Assembly: GCA_019244185.1 (NCBI GenBank)
Contig: JAFATB010000014.1
Span: forward strand, 680,637 to 744,636
Source: Acidobacteriota bacterium
Lineage (GTDB): Bacteria > Acidobacteriota > Thermoanaerobaculia > Gp7-AA8
Length of the DNA: 64,000 nt
Direction: 5' to 3'
Below, piece by piece: positions 36,512 to 45,328 of this stretch. The translations under genes were made by a program, and so were the position numbers. A model generated the notes under the pieces. That model was not told the DNA's origin, ran no database searches, and saw nothing but the letters and a program-made list of their open reading frames with translations. Each line of letters begins with the position of its first letter. Position 1 is the first letter of the stretch.

Positions 36512-39484
36512 TCACGACTGCCGGGGATTTTCGTCTGGCGCTGGTTCGTTCTGATTGCGATAGCGCCGGCGGTCGTACAGACGTGCGAGTGCCCGATATC
36601 TGCCGTTCGCGAAGAGCGCTTCCGCTTTGTCCGGCTGGCGCAGGAGATACCGCAACAACAGCTCGATCAACTCGATCTGGCAGTTTGTGTTCGGCGACGC
36701 CGTTTCATTCCAAGGCCGGATACGTAGCCGGATGCCGCCGTGCGCGTCCCATACCTGGTGTGCCGCGTCGACGACTTCCGTGACGAGCGTTTGGTGCGTT
36801 TGCGTATCGAGTGGCGAATGGGGCTCGTCGAACTTTTCGGGCGCCTCACGAAAGATGTGCATCGGGTAACGGTCAGGCGCTTTGTTGCGTTCCTGATCGC
36901 CGATGTGCGCCGCGTATTGCGCGAACAGTTCGTGCATGCCGTCCAGCGCGTTCGGAGGAATGCCGTAAATAAAGCTGACCACCCCCAGTTGCAGAGGGTC
37001 CGTTGAAACGAGCCGGTTCATTCGGCCGAGGGTTCGGCCGAACACGTCCGGCAGGATCAGGGATGGCGGGGCGAGGAGGTAACTCTGCAACTGCTGGCCG
37101 ACCGCGGCGCGCGAAAAGCTGACGAGCGGTTCGGCGCCCTCGTCGAGCGCTTCGGCTGCCGACCCGTGCAACTCTCGGGCGACTTGCGGCAGCATCCAGC
37201 CGTTGTCGAGAAACGTGAGTGCACCGGCGGTCATCGCCTTTACGTGCTGAAAGAGGATTTCAATCGTCGTAGAACGATCGAGCGATGACAGCGTTTTCGA
37301 AGTCAGGCGATGGCAGTCCCGCGCAAGGCCGTTGCCGTGCAGCGGCGTGAGCACCACGTCCTCGGCGCTCACCTTCGCGACGTGTTCACCGAGCTCTTTG
37401 AGGAGCGTGTCGCTTGCAATGAGCCGTGTCGTGTACGCTTCCCACCGGCCGCGTGCATTGCTGCCTCGATATTTGCGCAACGCGACGCGGGCCAGGCGCC
37501 AATTATTATTCGCGAGAGTAGACGCGTTTTCCGCAGCCGTGATGGCGGGAGCAAGCACCTCATCGCGCCACCTCTTCAATTCGGTTGCAGCGATGACCCA
37601 GGCCCGTGGCGCCAGCGCATTGGCGACGTATGCGGTGCGGTGCGCGATCAATTGCTTGCGCAAGCTCTCCAGATCGCGTGCGATGCCGCTGAGTGTCTGG
37701 GTGAAAGCGCCACTGTGCGGAGATGGTGCGATCTTGAGATGAACGAGCAGACTGCGCCCCATCGCACGCCAGCCACGCTGTTCCAGTCGTTGTTTCTGCA
37801 TCAACCCGCCGAGCCGGCTCTCGGCCGCATTGACCGCGTCTGCCAGGCTCGTCATCGAGGGGCGTTTGCTCGTTGCCGCCGCCTGATCCTCGAGTACTCT
37901 GGCGGCACGACTGAGAAGATCGTTCAGGAAGTGAAGGCCACGGCCCGTAGCCGGCTCCCAGGCCAAATCCCATAGACGTGCCGCGATCGCGCCGCCGTCG
38001 CGCAGGCCTTCATCCCAAACCGATTGCCAGCCCGGAAGCGCGTTGGCGAGCAATGTGGCAGCCGAGACGATGGTTCCGCTGTCTGCTGCCCGCGGTGCGA
38101 CCAGAGAGGCGTCACGTTTCAAATCATCAATCGTGGCACGCGCCGCCTCCAAAAACTTCTTCGCGAGATCCACGGCGCGGTCGGGAAGCGTGGATGGGCC
38201 AGGCGCGGGCGGAAGACCTTTGCCCGGATCAGCGTCAGACTGCACGCGCGAGAGAAGGTCATCCCGCACGAGACCAAGTTCCGCCAGCAGACCATCCGGC
38301 TGAATGGCGCCATCCGAGAAGCCGAGGATCGTGTCGAATTCGTCGACCGGCTGTTGCTCGCGCCGGCGTGGCTTTCCATTGAGGGCGTGTTCAAGGGCCT
38401 CGCGAACCCAACCCCACCGGAACCAGTCTTTGATTTCTTCCGCCGGAAAACGGACGTTTCGAACTCCGAAGCTGGCGAGAAACGTTTTACGCGAGCCGGT
38501 CTCCAGGCGTTTGCGCGTGTCCTCGGACAGGAGATCTTTGTTGTCGGCGTGAATGAATTCGGAAGCGTAACCGCGAACGCGCTCTTCGCGCTGGTTCGGC
38601 AGTAATTCGGAAATTTTCCTTCCCACTTCCGTCACGCAGAGATGCAGTTGTGCCTCGGCGATCGTCCACGCGACTTCGGCGAGGCTCCGCGTGGAGCCGC
38701 CCGCGGATTCCGGCCGGCCATCGATGTAGTAAACCCAATCGAAGAGCCGGTCGTCATCGCGCGTGTTGCCGATCGAGATGACCTGGTCGCGCAGGCGATA
38801 GGCGCTTCGAAACTCGTGGTCCGCCGCGAAATGGTGTAATTCCTTCACCAGCGCATACGTCGATGCGCGCATCCGGTCGCGCTGGTCCTGACGCAGCGGC
38901 ACCGATGGATCGTCGAGATAGACCGTCGGTCCGACGAGAAAGAAGAAAATCCGCGGACTCTCGCCTCGTTCGCGAAAGTAATGGCGCAGCAGCGCGGCCG
39001 CATCGAGAATCATCCCGGCGCCCGTACCACCGCACGCGCTCGCCGTCAGGAATACTTGGAGCGGCTGGGTCGGCGACGTGCGCCGTTCGCGCAGACGCGC
39101 GCAGGCCTGCTCGACGAGGCTGGAAAAATCATCGCGACAATTTACGAGGCTGGCGGCGCCGAAAATCCGGGTGATGCCGCAGCCCTGGGACGAGTCGACC
39201 ACCGGATGGTCGCCAATGTTCTCCGGGAAGCGGTGTTCGTGGAACTCTTTGAAGATGGGTTGTTCGAACTGATAAACATTGCGATAGCAATAATGGCGCG
39301 CGCGTTCGTGATCCTCGACGGCCGGTTCCTGGGAATCGATGAAAAACGGCTCGATCAGCTGTCGTTCGTCGGGTTTTAAGTTCTCTATGAGCGTCAGCAG
39401 AGATTTACCGGCGGCGATTCCGCTACCGCCGAGATACAGCGACAGCGTCGGTTGAAGCGTGGAGATCTCAGTCCTGGTCAGCAT
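36512..39484 (-). CDS. Tubulin/FtsZ-like GTPase (Tubulin_2 / FtsZl1 type) with long C-terminal helical region
   Basis: PTLSLYLGGSG (T1), GCG..R.FG, ASACGGTGAG (T4 signature), YALVKEL and FDWVYYID motifs; 990 aa. Confidence 0.88.
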   Translation of the reverse strand: MLTRTEISTLQPTLSLYLGGSGIAAGKSLLTLIENLKPDERQLIEPFFIDSQEPAVEDHERARHYCYRNVYQFEQPIFKEFHEHRFPENIGDHPVVDSSQGCGITRIFGAASLVNCRDDFSSLVEQACARLRERRTSPTQPLQVFLTASACGGTGAGMILDAAALLRHYFRERGESPRIFFFLVGPTVYLDDPSVPLRQDQRDRMRASTYALVKELHHFAADHEFRSAYRLRDQVISIGNTRDDDRLFDWVYYIDGRPESAGGSTRSLAEVAWTIAEAQLHLCVTEVGRKISELLPNQREERVRGYASEFIHADNKDLLSEDTRKRLETGSRKTFLASFGVRNVRFPAEEIKDWFRWGWVREALEHALNGKPRRREQQPVDEFDTILGFSDGAIQPDGLLAELGLVRDDLLSRVQSDADPGKGLPPAPGPSTLPDRAVDLAKKFLEAARATIDDLKRDASLVAPRAADSGTIVSAATLLANALPGWQSVWDEGLRDGGAIAARLWDLAWEPATGRGLHFLNDLLSRAARVLEDQAAATSKRPSMTSLADAVNAAESRLGGLMQKQRLEQRGWRAMGRSLLVHLKIAPSPHSGAFTQTLSGIARDLESLRKQLIAHRTAYVANALAPRAWVIAATELKRWRDEVLAPAITAAENASTLANNNWRLARVALRKYRGSNARGRWEAYTTRLIASDTLLKELGEHVAKVSAEDVVLTPLHGNGLARDCHRLTSKTLSSLDRSTTIEILFQHVKAMTAGALTFLDNGWMLPQVARELHGSAAEALDEGAEPLVSFSRAAVGQQLQSYLLAPPSLILPDVFGRTLGRMNRLVSTDPLQLGVVSFIYGIPPNALDGMHELFAQYAAHIGDQERNKAPDRYPMHIFREAPEKFDEPHSPLDTQTHQTLVTEVVDAAHQVWDAHGGIRLRIRPWNETASPNTNCQIELIELLLRYLLRQPDKAEALFANGRYRALARLYDRRRYRNQNEPAPDENPRQS

Positions 39485-39489
39485 TCAGA

Positions 39490-42117
39490 TCATCTCGTGT
39501 AAAGCCAATCGAACGGCATGTAGTACGCGAGGTGCGACGCGAAATCCGTGTGCAATGCGGCATGCAACGCCCAAAGAATCAGCGCGCTGACGGCGAGGTT
39601 CTTGAGCAGGCGTCCGAGGGACCAGCCGGGGCTCGTTTGCACGACCACCTCACCGCTGGTGGCGGGGTCGTACTGAACGTATTCGAACTCCCAGACACTC
39701 CTGTCGATGTCGGCGGGATCGAGGATGCGGATTACGTCGCCTGGCGCGAGTTTCGATTGCGGCGGCGTAAGATAGCCGGAGGTGTCGTTCAAGTACTGTT
39801 GATGACCGGCGCGAGTTACCGTGCCCACGGTCGTGTCATCGAGTTCGGATCCGTGCTTCGGCAACAGCAGCGCGCCGGCGGCGTCGCCGTCCCCGATCGC
39901 GATGGGGCCGAAACCGAGCGGCACGAAACGGCCTGTCTGGAATCGCCAGAAGCGTTTCACGAGATTGGACTGCCCCCAAGTCCGGAGCGCGACGACCAAC
40001 GACCCGAGAAGCAGAAACATCGCACTGGCGACGATGACGCCGTGCAAGGTGAGCTTTCCCAGAAGCGGCAGCGTCAGCGGTCTGGGATTGTGGAACACCG
40101 GTTTCGGCTCGAGGGTCATACCGAGGTCCGACGCGATGTGAATCTGCAACTCGCGCCGGATCGGATGGGTCGACCAGCCGCTGTTCGGGTCCGGCGTAAC
40201 GACGAGGTCGAGATGCGCGCCTCCTCCAGGGGGGAGATCGACTGGGCCGTAACGAAGTTTTCCAGACTCGAACGGTTCTCCTTCCAGGGATTCGCCATTC
40301 ACGTTCAGCGCGAGGTCGGCAATCTTTCCCGTCAAAGGATCGGTGATCGCCTCGGGGATCGTGACGGTGAACTGGCTCGCAGCGCTGAGATTCGTCTGCA
40401 GAGTACCCAAACGGACTGACCGCGTTTTGGATGGGTCCCACCACAGTGCGAACGATTTTCGCTCGTGTGCGAGGACGAACTTCGGAACGCTGACTTCGAC
40501 GGTGAAGGGGATGGTGAGGCTCGGCGCGTCGTTCGTGCTGACGATGATGGACCCTGGGTATTTCCCTGGCTTCGGCAGCGGCCGTGATGGATCCATCGTC
40601 AGGCGGAGATGCAGTTCGAGCCCGCCCGGTGGAATCGTGTATCGCGCGGGTGCCGGCCGGATCTCGCTGCCGTTTGCCGTGAGTTTGCCGATCCCCGCTG
40701 GCACGCTCCAGGTGAACGAGGCTGCCTCCGGTCGGGAAGGCGTACCTTGGGCAAACTCTGCGAAGACTTTGAAAGACTCTTCAACGTCGGGATGCGCAGC
40801 GCTCAACGGGGGATCGAAGGCGAAGTTTTCCGGCGACGCGCGGAGGATCGGAGGTGGCTCTTGCACGGCCAGATACTCGATGCGCGCCTCGGCGCGGTTC
40901 ATCAACGCCGGCAGTTCGACGTGCACGATGACTTTGTGCTTACCCGGAGTAGCAGGGACATTAAACGTGCCGCGGAAATTGTTGAATGCGATTGCCGTCG
41001 ACCCACCTGCCGCGGTTTGTACCTCGCCGCTGACCTTCGCATCCGTAGCCGCAACCGGTCCGCTCGCCGTGACGGCGACGACGTCGATCGCGACTTGCTG
41101 ATTGAAGAGATATTGCGGTTGCTCCGGCGCTGCTTTGATCGCCACGCGGAGATTCGACAGTGCCTCCATGAAAAATCGCAGCCCGAGGTGCCCTTGCGCG
41201 CCCGGCCTGGTGACACGAATCTGCAGCCGATAGTGGCCGGGTGCGCTAAAAAATGCCGTCCACGCCGCGATGCGCGGTACTCCTTCCGGCTCGACCGTGT
41301 ACCGCTGCTCGCTGAACGTGGAACCGGTGAGCGAAAAGTCGATCTCTCCAGGCGCGAACTCCGTCGGATGATCGAGGATGAGCGTCAATCGCGCGCGATC
41401 GACGCCCGGCGGCACGGTGAACTCATGTTCCGTGACGTTTGACGCGAGCGTCCCGCCATCCAGAGGATAGATATTGTCGAGATTACCGACCAGTTCTTTC
41501 GCCTTTTGCAGCAATTCTTGATGCTGTTTGGCGATGAGCGTCCTGCCGCCGGTCGGAAGCGTGAGAGTGTCGAGGAATCTCTGATCGATATTGGTCGTCA
41601 CGCCCAGGGCGAAGATCTGAATACCGGCCGCTACAGCGTGAGGGACGATTGCCGAAGTGATCGGCGTCGAAGTCGTCGGCATGCCGTCTGAGATCAGCAC
41701 GATGCGACGTAGCGATGCCTTCGAGGTCGCAAGAATCGTGAGTGCATCGTCAAGCCCGGCCGCCATGTTCGTACCGCCCGCTGCGACCGGCAAACGTCCG
41801 GCCTGAAGTCTTCTACGGATTTCGTCTGGCGGGTGCAGTCGGCCGTCGGTTGTCGTGCCGTCAGAAAAAAACACGACACCTGCCTGCACATCCGACGCGA
41901 GCTCCACGGCGTCGAGGATCAGACTGGCGGCGACTCCGCGCAGCGACAGTGGATCGGAGCCGGTCGGCCCGCCCATGGAACTCGAATTGTCGATGACGAA
42001 CACGATGTCCTGCTTCGACAGCGGCGGCAGCGCCGACTGCGCGAACGCCGTCGCAGTCATCATCGGAAGTACGCACAGGACGGCGAACAGCGTCACGCAA
42101 CGTGCTGGAGTAGGCAT
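39490..42117 (-). CDS. Exported vWA protein with Ig-like stalk, TM helix and cytoplasmic domain
   Basis: Signal peptide; DIVFVIDNSSSM...SDP..LR, GGTN, IVLISDG; TM VIVASAMFLLLGSLVVAL; second hydrophobic helix near the C-terminus. Start trimmed from 42270. Confidence 0.85.
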   Translation of the reverse strand: MPTPARCVTLFAVLCVLPMMTATAFAQSALPPLSKQDIVFVIDNSSSMGGPTGSDPLSLRGVAASLILDAVELASDVQAGVVFFSDGTTTDGRLHPPDEIRRRLQAGRLPVAAGGTNMAAGLDDALTILATSKASLRRIVLISDGMPTTSTPITSAIVPHAVAAGIQIFALGVTTNIDQRFLDTLTLPTGGRTLIAKQHQELLQKAKELVGNLDNIYPLDGGTLASNVTEHEFTVPPGVDRARLTLILDHPTEFAPGEIDFSLTGSTFSEQRYTVEPEGVPRIAAWTAFFSAPGHYRLQIRVTRPGAQGHLGLRFFMEALSNLRVAIKAAPEQPQYLFNQQVAIDVVAVTASGPVAATDAKVSGEVQTAAGGSTAIAFNNFRGTFNVPATPGKHKVIVHVELPALMNRAEARIEYLAVQEPPPILRASPENFAFDPPLSAAHPDVEESFKVFAEFAQGTPSRPEAASFTWSVPAGIGKLTANGSEIRPAPARYTIPPGGLELHLRLTMDPSRPLPKPGKYPGSIIVSTNDAPSLTIPFTVEVSVPKFVLAHERKSFALWWDPSKTRSVRLGTLQTNLSAASQFTVTIPEAITDPLTGKIADLALNVNGESLEGEPFESGKLRYGPVDLPPGGGAHLDLVVTPDPNSGWSTHPIRRELQIHIASDLGMTLEPKPVFHNPRPLTLPLLGKLTLHGVIVASAMFLLLGSLVVALRTWGQSNLVKRFWRFQTGRFVPLGFGPIAIGDGDAAGALLLPKHGSELDDTTVGTVTRAGHQQYLNDTSGYLTPPQSKLAPGDVIRILDPADIDRSVWEFEYVQYDPATSGEVVVQTSPGWSLGRLLKNLAVSALILWALHAALHTDFASHLAYYMPFDWLYTR

Positions 42118-42173
42118 GGTCGATTGGCTCCCGTGCATCTTGGACACGTCGGACCAGACAGATGTGAGACGCG

Positions 42174-45100
42174 TCAGTGCGCCGTCCAACGGCCTTGCGG
42201 ATCGCCGGTCAGGGTGAAGGCTGCCCAGGCGGCCGGGCTGCGGAAGCGTGGATTCTTCAGCATCTCGCACTGTGCATCACGCAATGCCTCCGCGGCAGTG
42301 GCTCCGTGCAGGAGATGCTCGTAGAAGATCTTCATCAACGCTTCGGCGGCGTCATCGCCGATGTCCCACAGCGACGCGATGACTCCGGGTGTACCGCCAT
42401 AGAGGAACGCTCGGGTAAGGCCGGTGATCTCATCGCCGCCGCTGCGGACGCCTGCCCCGGTGCTGCACGCAGACAGGACGACCAGATTGACGCCCGTGAG
42501 ATCGACGTCAGAGAGGATCTCGTGAACTTCGAGATTCCCGTCCCGCGTCTTTGTCGGTGCGAGGGCGATACGGCTGAAGAGCGGATTTCGTGCGTCGTAT
42601 TCACCGTGGGCGGCGATGTGTACCAGATCGTATTTGCCGGCCAATCCGTAGAGAAGTTCCTCAGTGGCCTCTTTGCCGAGGACCGGCTTCACGCCGAGAG
42701 CGCGAGCGATGTCTTCCGCTTCACGCTCTGCGCCCGGTAGCCGCTGCCGCTCCGATCCCGCGTCCGGATCTCCGAGGACGAGCGCGTGGCCCGTGACGGG
42801 GGACTCCTTCTGGCGAAGGAAGGCAATCGCGCTCGCGCTCGGCGCGTAAGTCAGGGTGTAATCCTGAACGAGATAGCGTTCGTTCTGAGGATTCTGGAGC
42901 GCGCCAAACGGCACATAATGCAAGACGCCGTGCGGGACGATCCAGACGCGTGTCGTACGGATGTACGGCCGCACCGGCGCAAAGATCTTTGTGTAAAGTT
43001 CTCGAGCGTCAGCAGGCGGCGCGCATGGTGATAGCGGTGTTCCGCTGCGGCTTGCGGCCAGCACATTTGACCAGCAAAGCGCGCGCTGCTGATCGTTCCG
43101 ATCGAACGGCAGTTTCACGTGCGTTACGTGGTCGCGATCGACGATCCATGCGTACGAGCCGAACGGCGAGAGGAAATAGCTGACCAGCGTCGTGCCGGGG
43201 TCGAGCTGGTGCTGAACGTCACGTGTCGTCAGCGGTTCTACTTTAACCGTGGACGTGTACTCGGGATTTGCGGCTTTGAGACGGGTGAGCAATGCGCGAT
43301 ACCTGTCGCGGCCTTCCTGCAGATCCTTGTCGAGTTTGACGCTCGGCTGGCTGGCCCGCTGCTGTTCCCAGCGAGCGATGTTCAGGCGCAACGCTTCGGC
43401 CTCGGCAGCGAGAGGATCACGGCCGTGAGCCGGCTGGATTCGCGTATTGCCGATGACCTGCAGAAACGCACGGGCGCGAGCTCGCTCGGAGTACGCAAAT
43501 GCCTCGTCTGAACGGCCGGCGCGGAGTAGTTGCTCGATGATCAGGTCAAAGTAAATTCCGCGGCCGCTGCCGAGATATCCGGCGAGCAATTCCTCGACCC
43601 GTACGTCATAAATTGTGCCTTCAATGGCCTTCGCGGCACGCTCGAGGTGTTCAATCGCGCCGCCTGCGTCTTGCTCCTTCCAATACGTGACGCCAAGGAG
43701 CGCCTCGTAGGAGGCCAGCAGATCGCCGTTCCCGCTTGCCTGGATTGCCTTTTGTAGCAGCTCTCGCGCAGCTTTCGTCTGATTTGTTTCCAGCAACACC
43801 TTGACGCGCGCCACGTAGGAGAGCGATGCGACGTTGGGAAGGGGAGCGGAACTGTCGAGTGGGCCGCTGGAACCCGGCATGCCACCGCGCATCCCGATGA
43901 TGGCGAGCATCGCTTGCTCGGTATTCGTATCGAACATCAAGCCCTCGGCTTCCGCGGTGCGGAAAGCGTTGGCGAGTGTCTGCTCGGCGGCTGCCGCGCT
44001 TCCTTTGCCGGCCATGAAGGCCTTCACGGCCGCGATCGATTCGAGTACATCGCACGCGAGCGTGAAGCCGCTGCGATTCGCCAGTTCAATCCCGCGCGCC
44101 AACGCCTCGTTCGCGCTGTCGTCAGCGTCCATCAGCATGTAAACGTCGGCCAATATGCTCCAGGCAGAGGCCTCGAGATAAGGCAGCTTCGAGTTTTGAA
44201 ACAGCCGGATGGACGTTTCCAGTTGGTTGGCGGCGGTGCCATAGTGGCCGCGCATCATGTTCAAGGAACCGAGATCCACGTAGACTGTTGCCTGGTCGCT
44301 GAGATTGTTCGCGGTGGTGGCCAGTTGCAGCGCTTCCTCCAGCGTCGTTTCCGTGTCCGTAAAACGGCTGAAACGCAGGTATAGGTCTGCTCGGTCGGTC
44401 AGAACGTCGACCACGCGGTGGGCGTCGTTCGATGGCCGAACGATTTCCAGTGCCTTGTCGTTCCAGGCCAGCGCGTCATCGAGGTGCCCCCCCAGCACTT
44501 CCAACTCGGCGAGTTTGCCGTAGATGTGGACACGGGTGAGTTCATCGAGATTTCCGATACGCGGTAAGCCCGGCACGGCGTTCAGCGCCTTCTTGTATTC
44601 CGTCCGGGCATCGTCGAATCGCCACTGCCTCCTGCGGAGATCGCCAAAATGCTGTGCGATCGAACTGTCGAGAACCCCGCCGAACATCTGCTGTAACGTC
44701 GTGGCCTTCGTCAATTCGCGTTCCGCTTCATCCAACTTGCCGCACTCGAGCAAAGCGGAGCCGTATGCGTCCCGGGTCACCGCTTCGGCAAACATGAGCA
44801 AAATCGGTTTGAAGACTTCTGTAGATTCGTCGCCGAGTGAAGACAGCATGTTGGCCTGCTGACCGAACGCCGCGGCCAGTGCCTGAAGTGACGTCGTGGA
44901 GAATGGCTTGTCGGGCGCCGCGGCATCGGCCAGGTGCTTCAGCGCCCGCTCGGCTGCTGACGCGGCAGCGTCGTAACGACCTTCGTGGCTTTCGAGCGAC
45001 GCGCGCATCCAAAGGGCGACCCAGGCGCCGAACGAATCGCCGATGGTATCGAAGGTCGTGATCGCTTCTTCCAGGTTCAGCCGTGCTGATGGCGCGTCGT

Positions 45101-45314
45101 TCATCGCCATGTCGGTGATGGCGAGCATGAGCGAAGCGACAGCTTCGTTGGGTCGATCGGCCTGCGCTCGATAAGCCTGCTGCGCGGCGATGATTTTGTC
45201 GCGCGCGGCGGCGGTTTGCCCGGCCACGATCATCGGGCCAATATTCGCGAGCCTGTCGTCGTTGGCCGCCGCAGGCGATGCCAGTAGCATGAAAACCACG
45301 AGGAGTCGTTTCAT
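42174..45314 (-). CDS. Exported TPR-CHAT protease
   Basis: Signal MKRLLVVFMLLASPAAA; TPRs; SERARARAF, VPHGVLHYVPF, VHIAAHG, VLSACSTG, ASLWDIGD, WAAFTLTG. Confidence 0.93.
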   Translation of the reverse strand: MKRLLVVFMLLASPAAANDDRLANIGPMIVAGQTAAARDKIIAAQQAYRAQADRPNEAVASLMLAITDMAMNDAPSARLNLEEAITTFDTIGDSFGAWVALWMRASLESHEGRYDAAASAAERALKHLADAAAPDKPFSTTSLQALAAAFGQQANMLSSLGDESTEVFKPILLMFAEAVTRDAYGSALLECGKLDEAERELTKATTLQQMFGGVLDSSIAQHFGDLRRRQWRFDDARTEYKKALNAVPGLPRIGNLDELTRVHIYGKLAELEVLGGHLDDALAWNDKALEIVRPSNDAHRVVDVLTDRADLYLRFSRFTDTETTLEEALQLATTANNLSDQATVYVDLGSLNMMRGHYGTAANQLETSIRLFQNSKLPYLEASAWSILADVYMLMDADDSANEALARGIELANRSGFTLACDVLESIAAVKAFMAGKGSAAAAEQTLANAFRTAEAEGLMFDTNTEQAMLAIIGMRGGMPGSSGPLDSSAPLPNVASLSYVARVKVLLETNQTKAARELLQKAIQASGNGDLLASYEALLGVTYWKEQDAGGAIEHLERAAKAIEGTIYDVRVEELLAGYLGSGRGIYFDLIIEQLLRAGRSDEAFAYSERARARAFLQVIGNTRIQPAHGRDPLAAEAEALRLNIARWEQQRASQPSVKLDKDLQEGRDRYRALLTRLKAANPEYTSTVKVEPLTTRDVQHQLDPGTTLVSYFLSPFGSYAWIVDRDHVTHVKLPFDRNDQQRALCWSNVLAASRSGTPLSPCAPPADARELYTKIFAPVRPYIRTTRVWIVPHGVLHYVPFGALQNPQNERYLVQDYTLTYAPSASAIAFLRQKESPVTGHALVLGDPDAGSERQRLPGAEREAEDIARALGVKPVLGKEATEELLYGLAGKYDLVHIAAHGEYDARNPLFSRIALAPTKTRDGNLEVHEILSDVDLTGVNLVVLSACSTGAGVRSGGDEITGLTRAFLYGGTPGVIASLWDIGDDAAEALMKIFYEHLLHGATAAEALRDAQCEMLKNPRFRSPAAWAAFTLTGDPQGRWTAH

Positions 45315-45328
45315 AATCGCGCCTCACC

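Noticed and set aside
36512-39484. Cell-division ftsZ or plasmid tubZ
   Set aside because: Too long, lacks the FtsZ NxDFAD motif and dcw context, and there is no TubR or centromere repeat.
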